Shown: in pieces, positions 28,405 to 38,324 of the stretch
Layout: each line of letters opens with the position of its first letter
Numbering within the stretch: position 1 is the stretch's first letter
NCBI GenBank assembly: GCA_965263355.1
Contig: CBDHHL010000032.1
Span: forward strand, 3,168,001 to 3,232,000
Source of the DNA: Leptolyngbyaceae cyanobacterium
GTDB lineage: Bacteria; Cyanobacteriota; Cyanobacteriia; Phormidesmidales; Phormidesmidaceae
Length of the DNA stretch: 64,000 nucleotides
Reading direction: 5' to 3'
The notes under the pieces: model-generated
Seen by the model: the letters and a program-made list of their open reading frames with translations, nothing else
The model's database searches: none
Told to the model about the DNA's origin: nothing
Position numbers and translations under genes: made by a program

Positions 28405-28981
28405 GGGCAAACTTATCCCCTAAGACTTCATCGAGATAGGCTTCGCGCATTACATCCGCTTGAATGCGCACAATTTCGGCATCACTTTTACCCAGGTTTT
28501 TAAGGATTTCTTCTACCACAATGGGAATAGCTGAGCCGTTCGGATCTTGCCATTCCGGCAGATCATGGGTCCACTCAGCCACCTCAAATGGGTCCAAATG
28601 ACCGAAGGTATCATATACCTGTTGGAGAATCATTTCTTCTTCCTCACAGAGTTCTCCATCCCCCGGATCACCTAGCAGAGAAATACAATTCTCTTCACGG
28701 GGAGAGATAAATTTAGACCAAAGGGGGAGAGCATTTTCCACTGGGAGGCCTTTAATCAGGTCATAGACACCGCTAAGCACTGGGCCATAGTCCATGGAGA
28801 CGTAGCAGTCCCCCGTAATTGGTTGCTCCATTTGCGCTAGGGCTACTCGGTCGGCAATGTATAACATTTTGAGTAAACCGAGATACTTCATCGGTTTACC
28901 ATGACGCTTCAGGAGTATGGCTGCTGCCTCTACCGCTTTTTCTGGATAAAACTGAAACTCAATAGCCATAATTAGTTTCAC
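28397..28981 (-). CDS. Panacea/SocA-like (DUF4065) antitoxin (likely start ATG 28969)
   Basis: LKMLYIADR.......PITGD.Y.SM.YGPV.S.VYD and TH.LPEW motifs. Confidence 0.8.
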   Translation of the reverse strand: MKLIMAIEFQFYPEKAVEAAAILLKRHGKPMKYLGLLKMLYIADRVALAQMEQPITGDCYVSMDYGPVLSGVYDLIKGLPVENALPLWSKFISPREENCISLLGDPGDGELCEEEEMILQQVYDTFGHLDPFEVAEWTHDLPEWQDPNGSAIPIVVEEILKNLGKSDAEIVRIQADVMREAYLDEVLGDKFAHD

Positions 28982-29178
28982 TGATGATTTCGATCATTTT
29001 TATACTTCGACCTAGTACATCTTTATTGTAGGCACTATAGGCAATTACCGTCATCCGTGAGGATTATGGGGGAATGTTCGCTAGAAACGTTAGCTTGTAA
29101 TTGAATCATTCAATATTCTTTACGGCTCACAATCCTAAAGTCTGTAGGTAAGCTGTAGTCAGTTCACTGAGGGCAGCT

Positions 29179-30087
29179 ATGCGCGATCGCATCGACCAAA
29201 TCGTTCAGAATCTAAATAAAACCATCGTTGGTAAGGAACTTCCTATTCGGCTAGTGCTCGTGGCGATGCTGTCCGGTGGTCACGTTCTGCTCGAAGATGT
29301 ACCTGGTGTGGGTAAAACCCTACTGGCTAAGTCTCTGGCCCGTTGCATCGATGGCAAATTTCAGCGGATTCAGTGTACGCCTGATCTACTCCCCAGCGAT
29401 GTCACTGGCACGAACATATGGAACCCTAGTAGCGGTGGGTTTCAGTTTATGCCAGGGCCAGTATTTTCCAATGTACTACTGGCCGATGAAATCAATCGAG
29501 CCACACCTCGGACTCAGTCGGCCTTACTGGAAGTAATGGAAGAACATCAGGTTACCCTCGACGGTGTATCTCGCCCAGTCCCCGCACCATTTTTTGTGAT
29601 TGCGACCCAAAATCCTGTGGAATACCAGGGGACATTTCCGTTGCCTGAGGCCCAGATGGATCGCTTTGCTCTTTCCCTAAGTTTGGGGTATCCAAGCGCT
29701 GACGAAGAATTAAAAATGCTACATAATCTGGCTCAGCCAGTACAGCCTACTGATCTACAGCCTTGCATCACCCTAGATGAAATGCATAGCCTGCAGCAGC
29801 AATGCCGTCAGGTTAAGGTGGAAGACTCGGTGCAGCACTACATGATTAGACTGGTACGGGCTACCCGTGACCATGATGATGTTGCTTTGGGGGTTAGCCC
29901 TCGAGGGACGGTGGCCCTCTATCGTGCCGTACAAGCCTTCGCCTTTTTAGAAGATCGAGACTATGTCTTGCCAGATGATGTTAAGTCACTAGCGACATCA
30001 GTCTTGGCCCATCGCTTAATCGCTAGCGGTGGCCACAAAAGCGCTCCCATTATTGCCCAACTATTAGATACAGTAACCGTCCCGTAG
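29179..30087 (+). CDS. MoxR family AAA+ ATPase
   Basis: HVLLEDVPGVGKT, RIQCTPDLLPSD, DEINRA, ATQNP, LPEAQMDRF. Confidence 0.95.
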   Translation: MRDRIDQIVQNLNKTIVGKELPIRLVLVAMLSGGHVLLEDVPGVGKTLLAKSLARCIDGKFQRIQCTPDLLPSDVTGTNIWNPSSGGFQFMPGPVFSNVLLADEINRATPRTQSALLEVMEEHQVTLDGVSRPVPAPFFVIATQNPVEYQGTFPLPEAQMDRFALSLSLGYPSADEELKMLHNLAQPVQPTDLQPCITLDEMHSLQQQCRQVKVEDSVQHYMIRLVRATRDHDDVALGVSPRGTVALYRAVQAFAFLEDRDYVLPDDVKSLATSVLAHRLIASGGHKSAPIIAQLLDTVTVP

Positions 30088-30199
30088 AAATAGCACGCAT
30101 GTTTTGCTGGTTTAGGCTAAGCTATCGCGCTCCATTTTTCTCAGGTTGTCTTTAAAAAAATCGAGTACCCTTGAAACGTTGTGTTAGTCTGAGTCAGCA

Positions 30200-31081
30200 A
30201 TGCGAAAACTGTTGGGTATGGCCCTAGTGACCGCTTTATTAGCCGTCAGTTGTGCCCTGATCAATCCCCCGTTATCGAGTCAAACCCCTGCTAATAGCCA
30301 AAGTGACGCTATGGCAGAACTGCACAAGGGGGATGTCCCCATCGCATCTCCTGCAGCTAAAGATGTTGATCCTGACTCTGTAATTACCGAGGATGTTACC
30401 TACGGCACCCTGGACGGTGTCCCCTTTGAGGGCTACCTGGTTAAGCCTGCTGATGCAACTGAACCTTTGCCAGGTCTAATTGTGATTCAAGAATGGTGGG
30501 GCCTGAACGAGAATATTCGCACTATGACCCGTCGTCTGGCGGCAGAAGGTTACACGGCCTTGGCTGTTGATCTCTATGATGGACAAGTGGCAGACAACCG
30601 GGATGACGCTAAAACTTTAGTGCAAGCGGCTATTCAAAATTCCGATCGCCTCAGACAAAATGTAGTAGCTGCCTATAATTATCTGACTAACGACCAGCAA
30701 GTTCCTAAGGTTGGTAGCATCGGTTGGTGTTTTGGTGGGTTTTGGTCCTTAAATACAGCCCTTGCCTTGCCTGCGGATCTCGATGCTGCTGTGATTTACT
30801 ATGGGGGCCAAATTTCCACTGATCCGGCTGTGCTTGAACCCCTGCAAATGCCTATCCAGGGCCATTTCGGCTCATTGGATACCAATCCCTCTCCCGAGAC
30901 AGTTCAAGCATTTGAAACCACATTAAATGATTTGGGTAAAAGTGCTGAGATTTACATCTATGAAGGAGCCAATCATGCGTTTGCAAATCCCTCCGGTACT
31001 CGTTATAACGCTGAGGCTGCAGACCTTTCCTGGCAAAGAACTGTGGCGTTTCTAAAGCAGCATTTGCAAGGTAATAGCTGA
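30200..31081 (+). CDS. Dienelactone hydrolase family lipoprotein
   Basis: Lipobox LAVSC; QEWWGLN, GWCFGG, HAFAN. Confidence 0.9.
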   Translation: MRKLLGMALVTALLAVSCALINPPLSSQTPANSQSDAMAELHKGDVPIASPAAKDVDPDSVITEDVTYGTLDGVPFEGYLVKPADATEPLPGLIVIQEWWGLNENIRTMTRRLAAEGYTALAVDLYDGQVADNRDDAKTLVQAAIQNSDRLRQNVVAAYNYLTNDQQVPKVGSIGWCFGGFWSLNTALALPADLDAAVIYYGGQISTDPAVLEPLQMPIQGHFGSLDTNPSPETVQAFETTLNDLGKSAEIYIYEGANHAFANPSGTRYNAEAADLSWQRTVAFLKQHLQGNS

Positions 31082-31166
31082 GACATTAGTGATTTGGCAG
31101 CGTCCTAAGTAGGTAAATTTAATTTTTTCTAAGATACGAATAAACTGTTAAACGGCTTAGAATTTG

Positions 31167-31234
31167 CCCCAAACCCCCAATTTTCTGTGGACTTTTAGTC
31201 TAGTCTCCCCCACAATTGGGGGACTGAAGAGGGC
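31167..31234. repeat. Degenerate cyanobacterial palindromic dispersed repeat (CCCCCAA..TGGGGGA type)
   Basis: ccccaaacccccaatt...tcccccacaattggggga between convergent genes. Confidence 0.55.
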
Positions 31235-31267
31235 CTCGATATCTGATAGCTAATGAGGATCATCTAC

Positions 31268-32320
31268 TTAGTAGCGACTGCGTCTAGCTTCAATTTCGGC
31301 TTGCACAGTATCCGGGACTGCCGATAGCAGGTCATAGCCCGTGGCAAGTTCAATCCGATCAATAGAGGTTTGGTAAGTTTGCCAACGGTCGTCGAGGCGA
31401 TCACTGTTGGGCATATCTACCGCAATGATCTCAGTGCCATAGGTAACATTGTCTACGGTTGGGGCATTGTCAAAGACAACAATTGCTTTCCAGACTCGGC
31501 TAGGGGGAATAATCCGCTCCTTCGCAATGGGGCGCTTTTGCCCATATACTCCAGCAATGATGTACAACGTTTTATTTTGTTGATAAAGCAGGTCACGGCA
31601 ATAATTTTCCAATTCTTTCCATGGCCCCCGGTTGTTCTCGGCTGTTTGAGGAAAAATATTGGTCATCAAAAATGTTGCCGAGTTGTCTTGCTCGTTGGCG
31701 GTACGGTCGGCTGAAGGTACCATATGCCCACGATCGTAACCGCTATTGGTATAGTCTCCAGGGGTCACCTGGTAGGTACCCTTAGGTAAAATGCCATCGG
31801 GTCTGAAGTCGTTTTGCCGTTCGGTGTTGCCTATCCAGTCATGACTTAGCACCCAACTAGCCCAGCGCAGTATGCCACGACTTTGGCTGTAAGCAAGCAC
31901 GTAGGGTCCTCGATCAATCAAGTAATTATCACTATTTTCTTGCCCTGCATGGCTAGGATTGCCCAAGGCAATGTGTGGGTTATTGGAAAAATAGGTTTCC
32001 CAATCTAGTTCTGGTGTACTTTGCGGCAATCGTTCACAGGCACGACCATTGCCATCACCATCTAGGTTATGTGGATCGCCTTGAAACTCATCAAGCACTA
32101 GTTGGGCTAAATCCTGACTCACAAAATCACCGCAGTCGCAGTTCTGCTCAACACAAGGAGGTAAGTGGGCATGGGGATCGCTCAGGTCGTTGGCCAAATC
32201 CTCGCAGCCTGTTGCTGTCAGCAGTAGGAGAGCCGCCTGTATTGAATGCTTAAGCCACCATGGCCAAGGTGCTAAATTCCAGTGCCTCAACGTTTTATCC
32301 AAAGGGTGATCTGCTCCCAT
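31268..32320 (-). CDS. DNA/RNA non-specific endonuclease (NucA-type) with an N-terminal Excalibur-like Ca-binding domain
   Basis: YDRGHMVPS, TF.MTN..PQ...NRGPW..LE; CDC.DF..Q..AQ...DP..LDGDGNG.ACE. Confidence 0.88.
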   Translation of the reverse strand: MGADHPLDKTLRHWNLAPWPWWLKHSIQAALLLLTATGCEDLANDLSDPHAHLPPCVEQNCDCGDFVSQDLAQLVLDEFQGDPHNLDGDGNGRACERLPQSTPELDWETYFSNNPHIALGNPSHAGQENSDNYLIDRGPYVLAYSQSRGILRWASWVLSHDWIGNTERQNDFRPDGILPKGTYQVTPGDYTNSGYDRGHMVPSADRTANEQDNSATFLMTNIFPQTAENNRGPWKELENYCRDLLYQQNKTLYIIAGVYGQKRPIAKERIIPPSRVWKAIVVFDNAPTVDNVTYGTEIIAVDMPNSDRLDDRWQTYQTSIDRIELATGYDLLSAVPDTVQAEIEARRSRY

Positions 32321-32513
32321 GAGTGTACCCTGGTGTTAGTACAAAAATATTATCAATATTACAAAATGCATCCTTATGCGTCCTTTGGTATCCCCCATGG
32401 AGGGATGGGGAAACGGCAGTATACTGTTAACTGCGCTGGACGATTTCGCTAAAGGATTTTTCCAACGAAGCTTCTGGCAGACGACCCATCCACTATTTAA
32501 CCGATTGGTGACT

Positions 32514-32981
32514 ATGCTCAACAACGCAATTGCCTTACTAAACGCTTGGTTCCCGGCTACTGAGGTCCATGCCCACTGTGATGGTCCCTGTGGTGTTTAC
32601 GATCCGTCTGCTGCTCGCATCACCGCTGAAGCTGTGCTCTCCATGACCAAGAAAATTTTGGCCCTTGAGGAGCCTGCGGATGCTGCTGGTAAAGTAGCCT
32701 ATGCTAATACCCTTTCTCGTTACATTGCGATTAAGGAAGAGCAGGCTCAAAAGACTAAGGATGATTTGCTAATTCTGTGGACTGATTACTTTAAGCCAGT
32801 GCATTTAGAGTCCCATCCTGACCTCCATGACACCTTCTGGAAAGCTGCTAAACTTTGCTCTGCTTGCAAAGTAGAGGTTAGTCAGCAGCATGCTGAAGAA
32901 CTAATGACTGCAGTTGAGAAGATCCACACTATCTTCTGGGCAACTAAGGGCCGTGATGTGGCTTGGTATACCGCTAGCTAG
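32514..32981 (+). CDS. sodN: Nickel superoxide dismutase precursor
   Basis: Ni-hook HCDGPCGVYDP after a short leader; start at ATG 32514. Confidence 0.95.
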   Translation: MLNNAIALLNAWFPATEVHAHCDGPCGVYDPSAARITAEAVLSMTKKILALEEPADAAGKVAYANTLSRYIAIKEEQAQKTKDDLLILWTDYFKPVHLESHPDLHDTFWKAAKLCSACKVEVSQQHAEELMTAVEKIHTIFWATKGRDVAWYTAS

Positions 32982-33005
32982 TGGTTGTATAGTCAATATT
33001 TAAGG

Positions 33006-33041
33006 AAACCCGCAAGGTTATTAATGCTTTGCGGGTTTTTT
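33006..33041 (+). terminator. Intrinsic terminator after sodN
   Basis: aaacccgcaa...ttgcgggttt followed by a T-tract. Confidence 0.7.
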
Positions 33042-33100
33042 GTATTTGCTTAGGGCATTACCGTAGCGCAGCGGAGGCATCCCCGGAGGGGTATCGGACA

Positions 33101-33556
33101 ATGGGCGGACAGTGGGCAAATGGGCAATATCTGACGGCAGGGCAATACCTTCCAGATGCTAGTTGGGGGGATTATATTCAGTGGTTTTTGGGGCGGCGGC
33201 AGCGATTTGTGGTGCGGGAAAATTCTATGCTGCCTACACTGATGCCAGGCGATACTGTTTTGGCAGAGCTGGGCAGTGCCGTAACCGTGGGAGATATTGC
33301 GCTAGTGCATTGGGGCGGTTTGCAAAAAACATCAGAGACAACCGATGCACCTTCTAACCGAGATGTTGCCTCCAGGAGTGCTCCTGCTATTTTGCTGGTT
33401 AAACGGGTCAGTGAAATCTTCTATGACGGTAGTGTCTACTTGATCAGCGATAATGCAAATGAGCCTAATGCCCGTGATAGCCGACACTTTGGTGTCATAG
33501 AATCACGACAGGTAATTGGCCGCGTGACGAGCCGTTTGGCTTCGTTACCGGAGTAG
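33101..33556 (+). CDS. sodX: Ni-SOD maturation protease (S26 family)
   Basis: SMLPTL..GD, LVKRV, DN.....DSRHFG; immediately downstream of sodN. Confidence 0.85.
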   Translation: MGGQWANGQYLTAGQYLPDASWGDYIQWFLGRRQRFVVRENSMLPTLMPGDTVLAELGSAVTVGDIALVHWGGLQKTSETTDAPSNRDVASRSAPAILLVKRVSEIFYDGSVYLISDNANEPNARDSRHFGVIESRQVIGRVTSRLASLPE

Positions 33557-33657
33557 TTTTTCTAAACCACGCCCAAGTTGAAACCCATAGCTTTTGCTAC
33601 AGAAAAACGATTTTTCGGGGTGTGGACAAGATTTATATTTCTTCACTTAACCGCCCA

Positions 33658-34146
33658 ATGGCAGTTCCCATTAATATTAGCCCCGCAACCCATGATGATG
33701 TCCCACTGCTCTTTGAGTTAGTTATGGCGTTGGCAGAGTATGAAAATTTAGCCCATGAAGTCACTGGGGCACCAGAAGACTTGGAAAAATATCTCTTTGG
33801 TGATGTTCCTAGGGCCCATGCTATCGTTGCCCGTATTGATGGTGCTCCTGCTGGTTTCGCACTTTATTTTTTCAATTTCTCTACATTTCTGATGAAACCA
33901 GGGGTTTATTTAGAGGATTTATTTGTTTTGCCAGGATATCGACGTCGAGGTGTGGGTACTGCGATTTTTCAATATCTTGCCCAGATTGCTTTAGCGAAAG
34001 GTTGTGGGCGTTTTGAGTGGAGTGTTCTGGATTGGAATCAGCCCGCCATTGATTTTTATATGTCTAAAGGTGCCGTAATGCTGAATGATTGGCGTACCTG
34101 TCGTGTTACTGGTAGGGCCTTAGAAAATTTGGCAATCAATGATTAG
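33658..34146 (+). CDS. GNAT N-acetyltransferase (SSAT-like)
   Basis: YLEDLFV.P.YRRRGVG, WSVLDWN.PAI.FY. Confidence 0.92.
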   Translation: MAVPINISPATHDDVPLLFELVMALAEYENLAHEVTGAPEDLEKYLFGDVPRAHAIVARIDGAPAGFALYFFNFSTFLMKPGVYLEDLFVLPGYRRRGVGTAIFQYLAQIALAKGCGRFEWSVLDWNQPAIDFYMSKGAVMLNDWRTCRVTGRALENLAIND

Positions 34147-34181
34147 GCAGGACCCGGCTTACAAAATACATACCTGACAGA

Positions 34182-34640
34182 CTACTCGCCTGAAAAATAC
34201 TGATGTAGTGAATCAAACATAGTCTGTAGTTCTGTGGGTAATCGCCGAACAATTTTGCGTTGAGCGGTATTGATGGGCACCAGTAGGATTTGTCCTGTGA
34301 TGCAAAGCTGTTTGGCATTGTCCGTTGTATCGTAAATCTCGTAAAACCAGTTCAGTTTGATGTTACGCGTTAGTTCTAGCCGAGTTTTAACTAACCCTCT
34401 AGCCCCTAAGGTTAGTGACTGGTGATAGCGTAGTTGGAGATCGACTACTGGTAAATCGTAGCCTGCTCTAACAACGTCTTCGAATGGAAACTCAAGGGTG
34501 CGGAGACACTCTACCCTGGCTGTTTCCATCCATTGAATATAAGTGCCATGCCAGACAACACCGCTGTAGTCCGTGTGGTGGGGCTGTACCCGAAAACCAT
34601 AGTCAAACCAGCGGTGAGTCATAGATAAATCAACTATCAA
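34182..34640 (-). CDS. Acyl-CoA thioesterase (YbgC/4HBT hotdog family)
   Basis: RV..HHTD..GVVWHG.Y..W.E.AR. Confidence 0.88.
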   Translation of the reverse strand: MIVDLSMTHRWFDYGFRVQPHHTDYSGVVWHGTYIQWMETARVECLRTLEFPFEDVVRAGYDLPVVDLQLRYHQSLTLGARGLVKTRLELTRNIKLNWFYEIYDTTDNAKQLCITGQILLVPINTAQRKIVRRLPTELQTMFDSLHQYFSGE

Positions 34641-34736
34641 ACTACGAATTGTGAATCCTGCTTTAGTTTATAAAAACAGGTTGCGTATCATAGATATTTA
34701 TACATCCTTAAGAGCCTATTCAATAGGGTTTAGTCA

Positions 34737-35594
34737 ATGATTGAAAAGATTTTGCTCGCTAGTGTTGGTCCTGGCAACACGGAAAACATGTTTAAAGCCC
34801 TGCTGGAAATCCCTATGATTCAGCGATCGCAAGTAACTGTACTCAAGGTGGTTTCCCCTCAAAGAGGCGCTAGCAGCATGGAGGCGCAGCGCTCTGAGAG
34901 TGAGCAAGAATTAGCCGATACAATCGCTCGCTTGGGGATTGAGGCGTCAAAGGTAACCCCAATGTTGCGGGAGGGCGATCCCAAATCTGAGGTGTGTAAA
35001 GTCGCCGATGAAATTGATGCGAGTTTAATCATTATGGGCTCCCGTGGTTTAGGCGGGCTCAAGGCAATTTTGAAAAATTCGGTCAGTCAGTATGTATTCC
35101 AGCTGTCCTCAAAGCCTATGCTGCTGGTAAAAGACGACCTATATAGCATTCGCCCTGTCAAACGGGTCTTAGTGGCGCTCGATAAGTCCGATATGGCAAA
35201 AGAATCGCTCAAAGTTGCCATTGATCTGACCCGTGATGTCAAAGATAGCGAGCTGGTGTTTGTACACACCTTGTCTGATTTACGCAGTTCTCTAGCTGAG
35301 GCCATCAATGCCAATCCTGAGACTGACCCAGTGTTGGCACCGGCAATTGCCGAAGCAAAACGCTATCGAATTAACTACCGTTGTGTTGCTCCCGAGGGTA
35401 AGCCTGGTCAGCGCATTTGTGAATTGGCCGATGACTTAAATGTAAATTTGCTTATTCTAGGCTCCCCCGACCGTCGTCCGTCTATTGCGAAGGGGTTACC
35501 TGATATTGACCGGCTATTGGGCGGCTCCCTGTCAGACTATGTACGTATCAATGCTCCCTGTCCTGTTTTGCTGACACGCATTGAAACTGACTGA
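34737..35594 (+). CDS. Universal stress protein (two Usp domains)
   Basis: GDP...IIMGSRG....SVS and GSLSDYV...APCPVL. Confidence 0.92.
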   Translation: MIEKILLASVGPGNTENMFKALLEIPMIQRSQVTVLKVVSPQRGASSMEAQRSESEQELADTIARLGIEASKVTPMLREGDPKSEVCKVADEIDASLIIMGSRGLGGLKAILKNSVSQYVFQLSSKPMLLVKDDLYSIRPVKRVLVALDKSDMAKESLKVAIDLTRDVKDSELVFVHTLSDLRSSLAEAINANPETDPVLAPAIAEAKRYRINYRCVAPEGKPGQRICELADDLNVNLLILGSPDRRPSIAKGLPDIDRLLGGSLSDYVRINAPCPVLLTRIETD

Positions 35595-35614
35595 TTAAAT
35601 CTTTCGTAGTCTTT

Positions 35615-35644
35615 CGTAGGGCTATCCCTTGGAGGTGCCCTACG
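35615..35644. repeat. GTAG-type REP-like hairpin
   Basis: cgtagggc...gccctacg; its left arm overlaps a 10-bp tandem repeat (tctttcgtag x2, 35600-35619). Confidence 0.5.
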
Positions 35645-35679
35645 CTATCCTTGACCCACCTTTGCAATTATTTGTAACT

Positions 35680-36315
35680 ATGGCGTCGTTATCCCACACC
35701 ATTGAAGCAATCCTCTACCTCAAGGCAAAGCCACTCACGATTTCCCAGATTGCCGAATATGCCAAGTGTGATAAAGATGCAGCGGCAGCGGGGCTGATTC
35801 AATTGATGGGAGACTATGCCCATCGTGAAGGGGCCTTAGAAATTGCTGAGACTGAAAATGGTTACAGTCTGCAGCTACGTCAGCCCTTTAAACCTCTCCT
35901 AGATGAGCTGATTCCCTTAGACATTGGCTTGGGCGCGCTACGGACCCTGGCCGCAATCGCTATGCAGGGGCCTATTAGTCAGACAGATCTGGTTGATTTA
36001 CGCGGCTCAGGTGCCTATGGCCATGTCCATGAGTTAGTTGATCAAGGATTCGTGCGGCGACGGCGACAATCCGATGGCCGTTCTTTTTGGTTACAAGTGA
36101 CTGAAAAGTTTTATCAACGTTTTGAGATTGATAAACTTCCACAAATTAATTTACCTGAGGTCCAGGATGATTCCTCAGAGTTTACAGACGATGCCGTTGA
36201 GGAAGCTCCAGCAACCGCTGATAATTCTGCGTCAGATTCTGGGGCTCAAAATACTTCTAATTCTTTTTCTGAGCCTGATGTAGCGATAGATTCAGGTCTG
36301 CTCTCAGAAGCCTGA
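35680..36315 (+). CDS. scpB: SMC-Scp complex subunit ScpB
   Basis: IEAILY, ALRTLAAIA..GPI.Q..LV.LRG, T.KF...F. Confidence 0.9.
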   Translation: MASLSHTIEAILYLKAKPLTISQIAEYAKCDKDAAAAGLIQLMGDYAHREGALEIAETENGYSLQLRQPFKPLLDELIPLDIGLGALRTLAAIAMQGPISQTDLVDLRGSGAYGHVHELVDQGFVRRRRQSDGRSFWLQVTEKFYQRFEIDKLPQINLPEVQDDSSEFTDDAVEEAPATADNSASDSGAQNTSNSFSEPDVAIDSGLLSEA

Positions 36316-36473
36316 AAGTTTACTAAGGAGTTAATGGCTTATTAAGCTATCGTTAATCTATGCGATATGCTAGGGCATCTTGAAGATATGTTGTTCACAC
36401 TGATATTCATATAAGTGTTGGCTGAAATCGGCTTTATCACGCTAAGGTAATTAGAAGCAATACATACTCATTT

Positions 36474-36845
36474 ATGTTTAACCCTGATAGCGCCCAGTTC
36501 ATTGGCATGGGTTCTGACGATGCACAGGTCAACCAGTTATTAAAGTACCTCCAGCATCAGCCACCAGAGGTTCTGACTCGCGTTGCCCAGTCAGTGAGTG
36601 GTGAAATAAAGCAAATTATTTCTCAAAACGTTCAGGGGCTAATCGGGGTACTACCCTCTGAGGGGTTTAATGTACAGGTTACAACCGACCGTGAAAATTT
36701 GGCTGGATTGCTAGCGTCTGCCATGATGACTGGATATTTTCTCAGGCAAATGGAGCAGCGTATGGAGTTAGAGTCTACCTTAGCTGGCGTATCCCCCTTA
36801 GAGAATGATCTAGAAAGCGATAATCTGTCAGAGCTAGATAGTTAG
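36474..36845 (+). CDS. DUF760 family protein
   Basis: N.LL.YLQ...PE, RENLAGLLASAMMTGYFLR.ME.R. Confidence 0.85.
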   Translation: MFNPDSAQFIGMGSDDAQVNQLLKYLQHQPPEVLTRVAQSVSGEIKQIISQNVQGLIGVLPSEGFNVQVTTDRENLAGLLASAMMTGYFLRQMEQRMELESTLAGVSPLENDLESDNLSELDS

Positions 36846-36918
36846 TTGGAGCCTTATGCTCAACTCGTTAGCCTCAGGAAGTTGAAACGCTAGCGCAGTA
36901 AGTAGTTAGCCCACTGGA

Positions 36919-38154
36919 CTAATAAAGCTCATCAGGCATTTTTGTCGGTTTAACCTCCAGCGTTTTAAGCTGGCCTTTGCGATGAACTTCTACTTGTAGC
37001 GATTTTCCAATACTGCTGGCTTCAACCTGAGCTTGGACATCAGTTGCTGTAGCAACGTTTATTTCATTAACTTTGCTAATCACATCACCGCGTTGGATGC
37101 CAGCCGCTTCAGCGGGTGTGTCTTCCATGACGCGAATGACCATGACCCCTGAATCAGCTTCAATCTCAAAGTCAATATCCTCGCTCTCATTAATGCGCTG
37201 ACGCATTTCTGGATTGAGATTGACCATCTGAATGCCTAGGTAAGGATGCTGAACTTCACCATGCTTAAAAAGCTGGTCACCTATCCGCGTTGCCGTTTCA
37301 ATTGGAATCGCAAAACCCAGACCCTGAGCCCCGGCACGAATAGCTGTATTCATGCCAATCACCTTCCCTTTGGCATTAAGCAGTGGCCCACCAGAGTTAC
37401 CTGGATTAATGGCGGCGTCGGTTTGAATGAACTGCACACGCTTGTCAGAGATGCCCACCTGCGAACTGGTCCGGCCTAAGGCACTAATGATGCCAGCGGT
37501 TACAGTATTGTCTAGGCCCAGGGGGTTACCAATGGCAATGGCCCATTGCCCTGCCGCTAGATTATTGGTTGAACCCAGGGGGGCTGTCGGTAAGTTATCG
37601 CCATCGATTTTGACGACAGCGATATCCGTGACAGGATCGGTGCCAATTACGTCACCTTCAAATGTTCGTCCGTCGTTCAACGTCACATTAACTGTTTTGG
37701 CTCCCTCCACCACATGAGCATTGGTCATGACTTGGCCATCACTGCTGAGGATAAACCCAGAGCCTGTACCCTGTTCAAGACGTTCAGGGAATTCTGGCTG
37801 AGGTGGCAACTCGTCATCACTAAAAAAGCGCTTGAAGAGTGGATGTTCAAAGGGTTCTGACACACCTCTGACCGATCGTGAGGCATCGATACGCACAACG
37901 GCAGGACCTACCTGCTCAGCGGCGGCTGCAATAAAATTAGGATTGTCAATTGGGGCATAGCTATTTGGCTGGGGTTGAGCGACAGCCTCTGAAGACTCAG
38001 TTGCTGTTCTGACAATCGAAGTGGCAAGCGGCAACGCGTTATCCGGTTCCTCAACAACGGGCTTGAAAAAATAGCTACGACTGGCCCAGCCAGCTCCACT
38101 ACCAATACAGAGTAGGCTCGCATATACAACCAATTGTTTTGTAGAAATTTTCAT
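36919..38154 (-). CDS. HtrA/Deg serine protease with PDZ domain (HhoA/HhoB type)
   Basis: TNAHVV, DIAV, QTDAAINPGNSGGPL, C-terminal PDZ. Confidence 0.95.
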   Translation of the reverse strand: MKISTKQLVVYASLLCIGSGAGWASRSYFFKPVVEEPDNALPLATSIVRTATESSEAVAQPQPNSYAPIDNPNFIAAAAEQVGPAVVRIDASRSVRGVSEPFEHPLFKRFFSDDELPPQPEFPERLEQGTGSGFILSSDGQVMTNAHVVEGAKTVNVTLNDGRTFEGDVIGTDPVTDIAVVKIDGDNLPTAPLGSTNNLAAGQWAIAIGNPLGLDNTVTAGIISALGRTSSQVGISDKRVQFIQTDAAINPGNSGGPLLNAKGKVIGMNTAIRAGAQGLGFAIPIETATRIGDQLFKHGEVQHPYLGIQMVNLNPEMRQRINESEDIDFEIEADSGVMVIRVMEDTPAEAAGIQRGDVISKVNEINVATATDVQAQVEASSIGKSLQVEVHRKGQLKTLEVKPTKMPDELY

Positions 38155-38324
38155 GGCTGCTTTCTGAACGATTAGCGATGAGGGCTTTAATGAACTTACC
38201 TTAGCGAAGATTAACGCGAAAATGTGTTAGACACATCGTTTAGATCGCTTTGTTCATGGTACTGAATGTCGGTGCTGTGCTCAGGTAAATTTTTCTACCG
38301 TAGCTGCGGAATGCTGGTCTGCTG

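Noticed and set aside
32376..32513. Long N-terminal extension of SodN
   Set aside because: ATG 32514 gives the usual short leader before the HCDGPC Ni-hook
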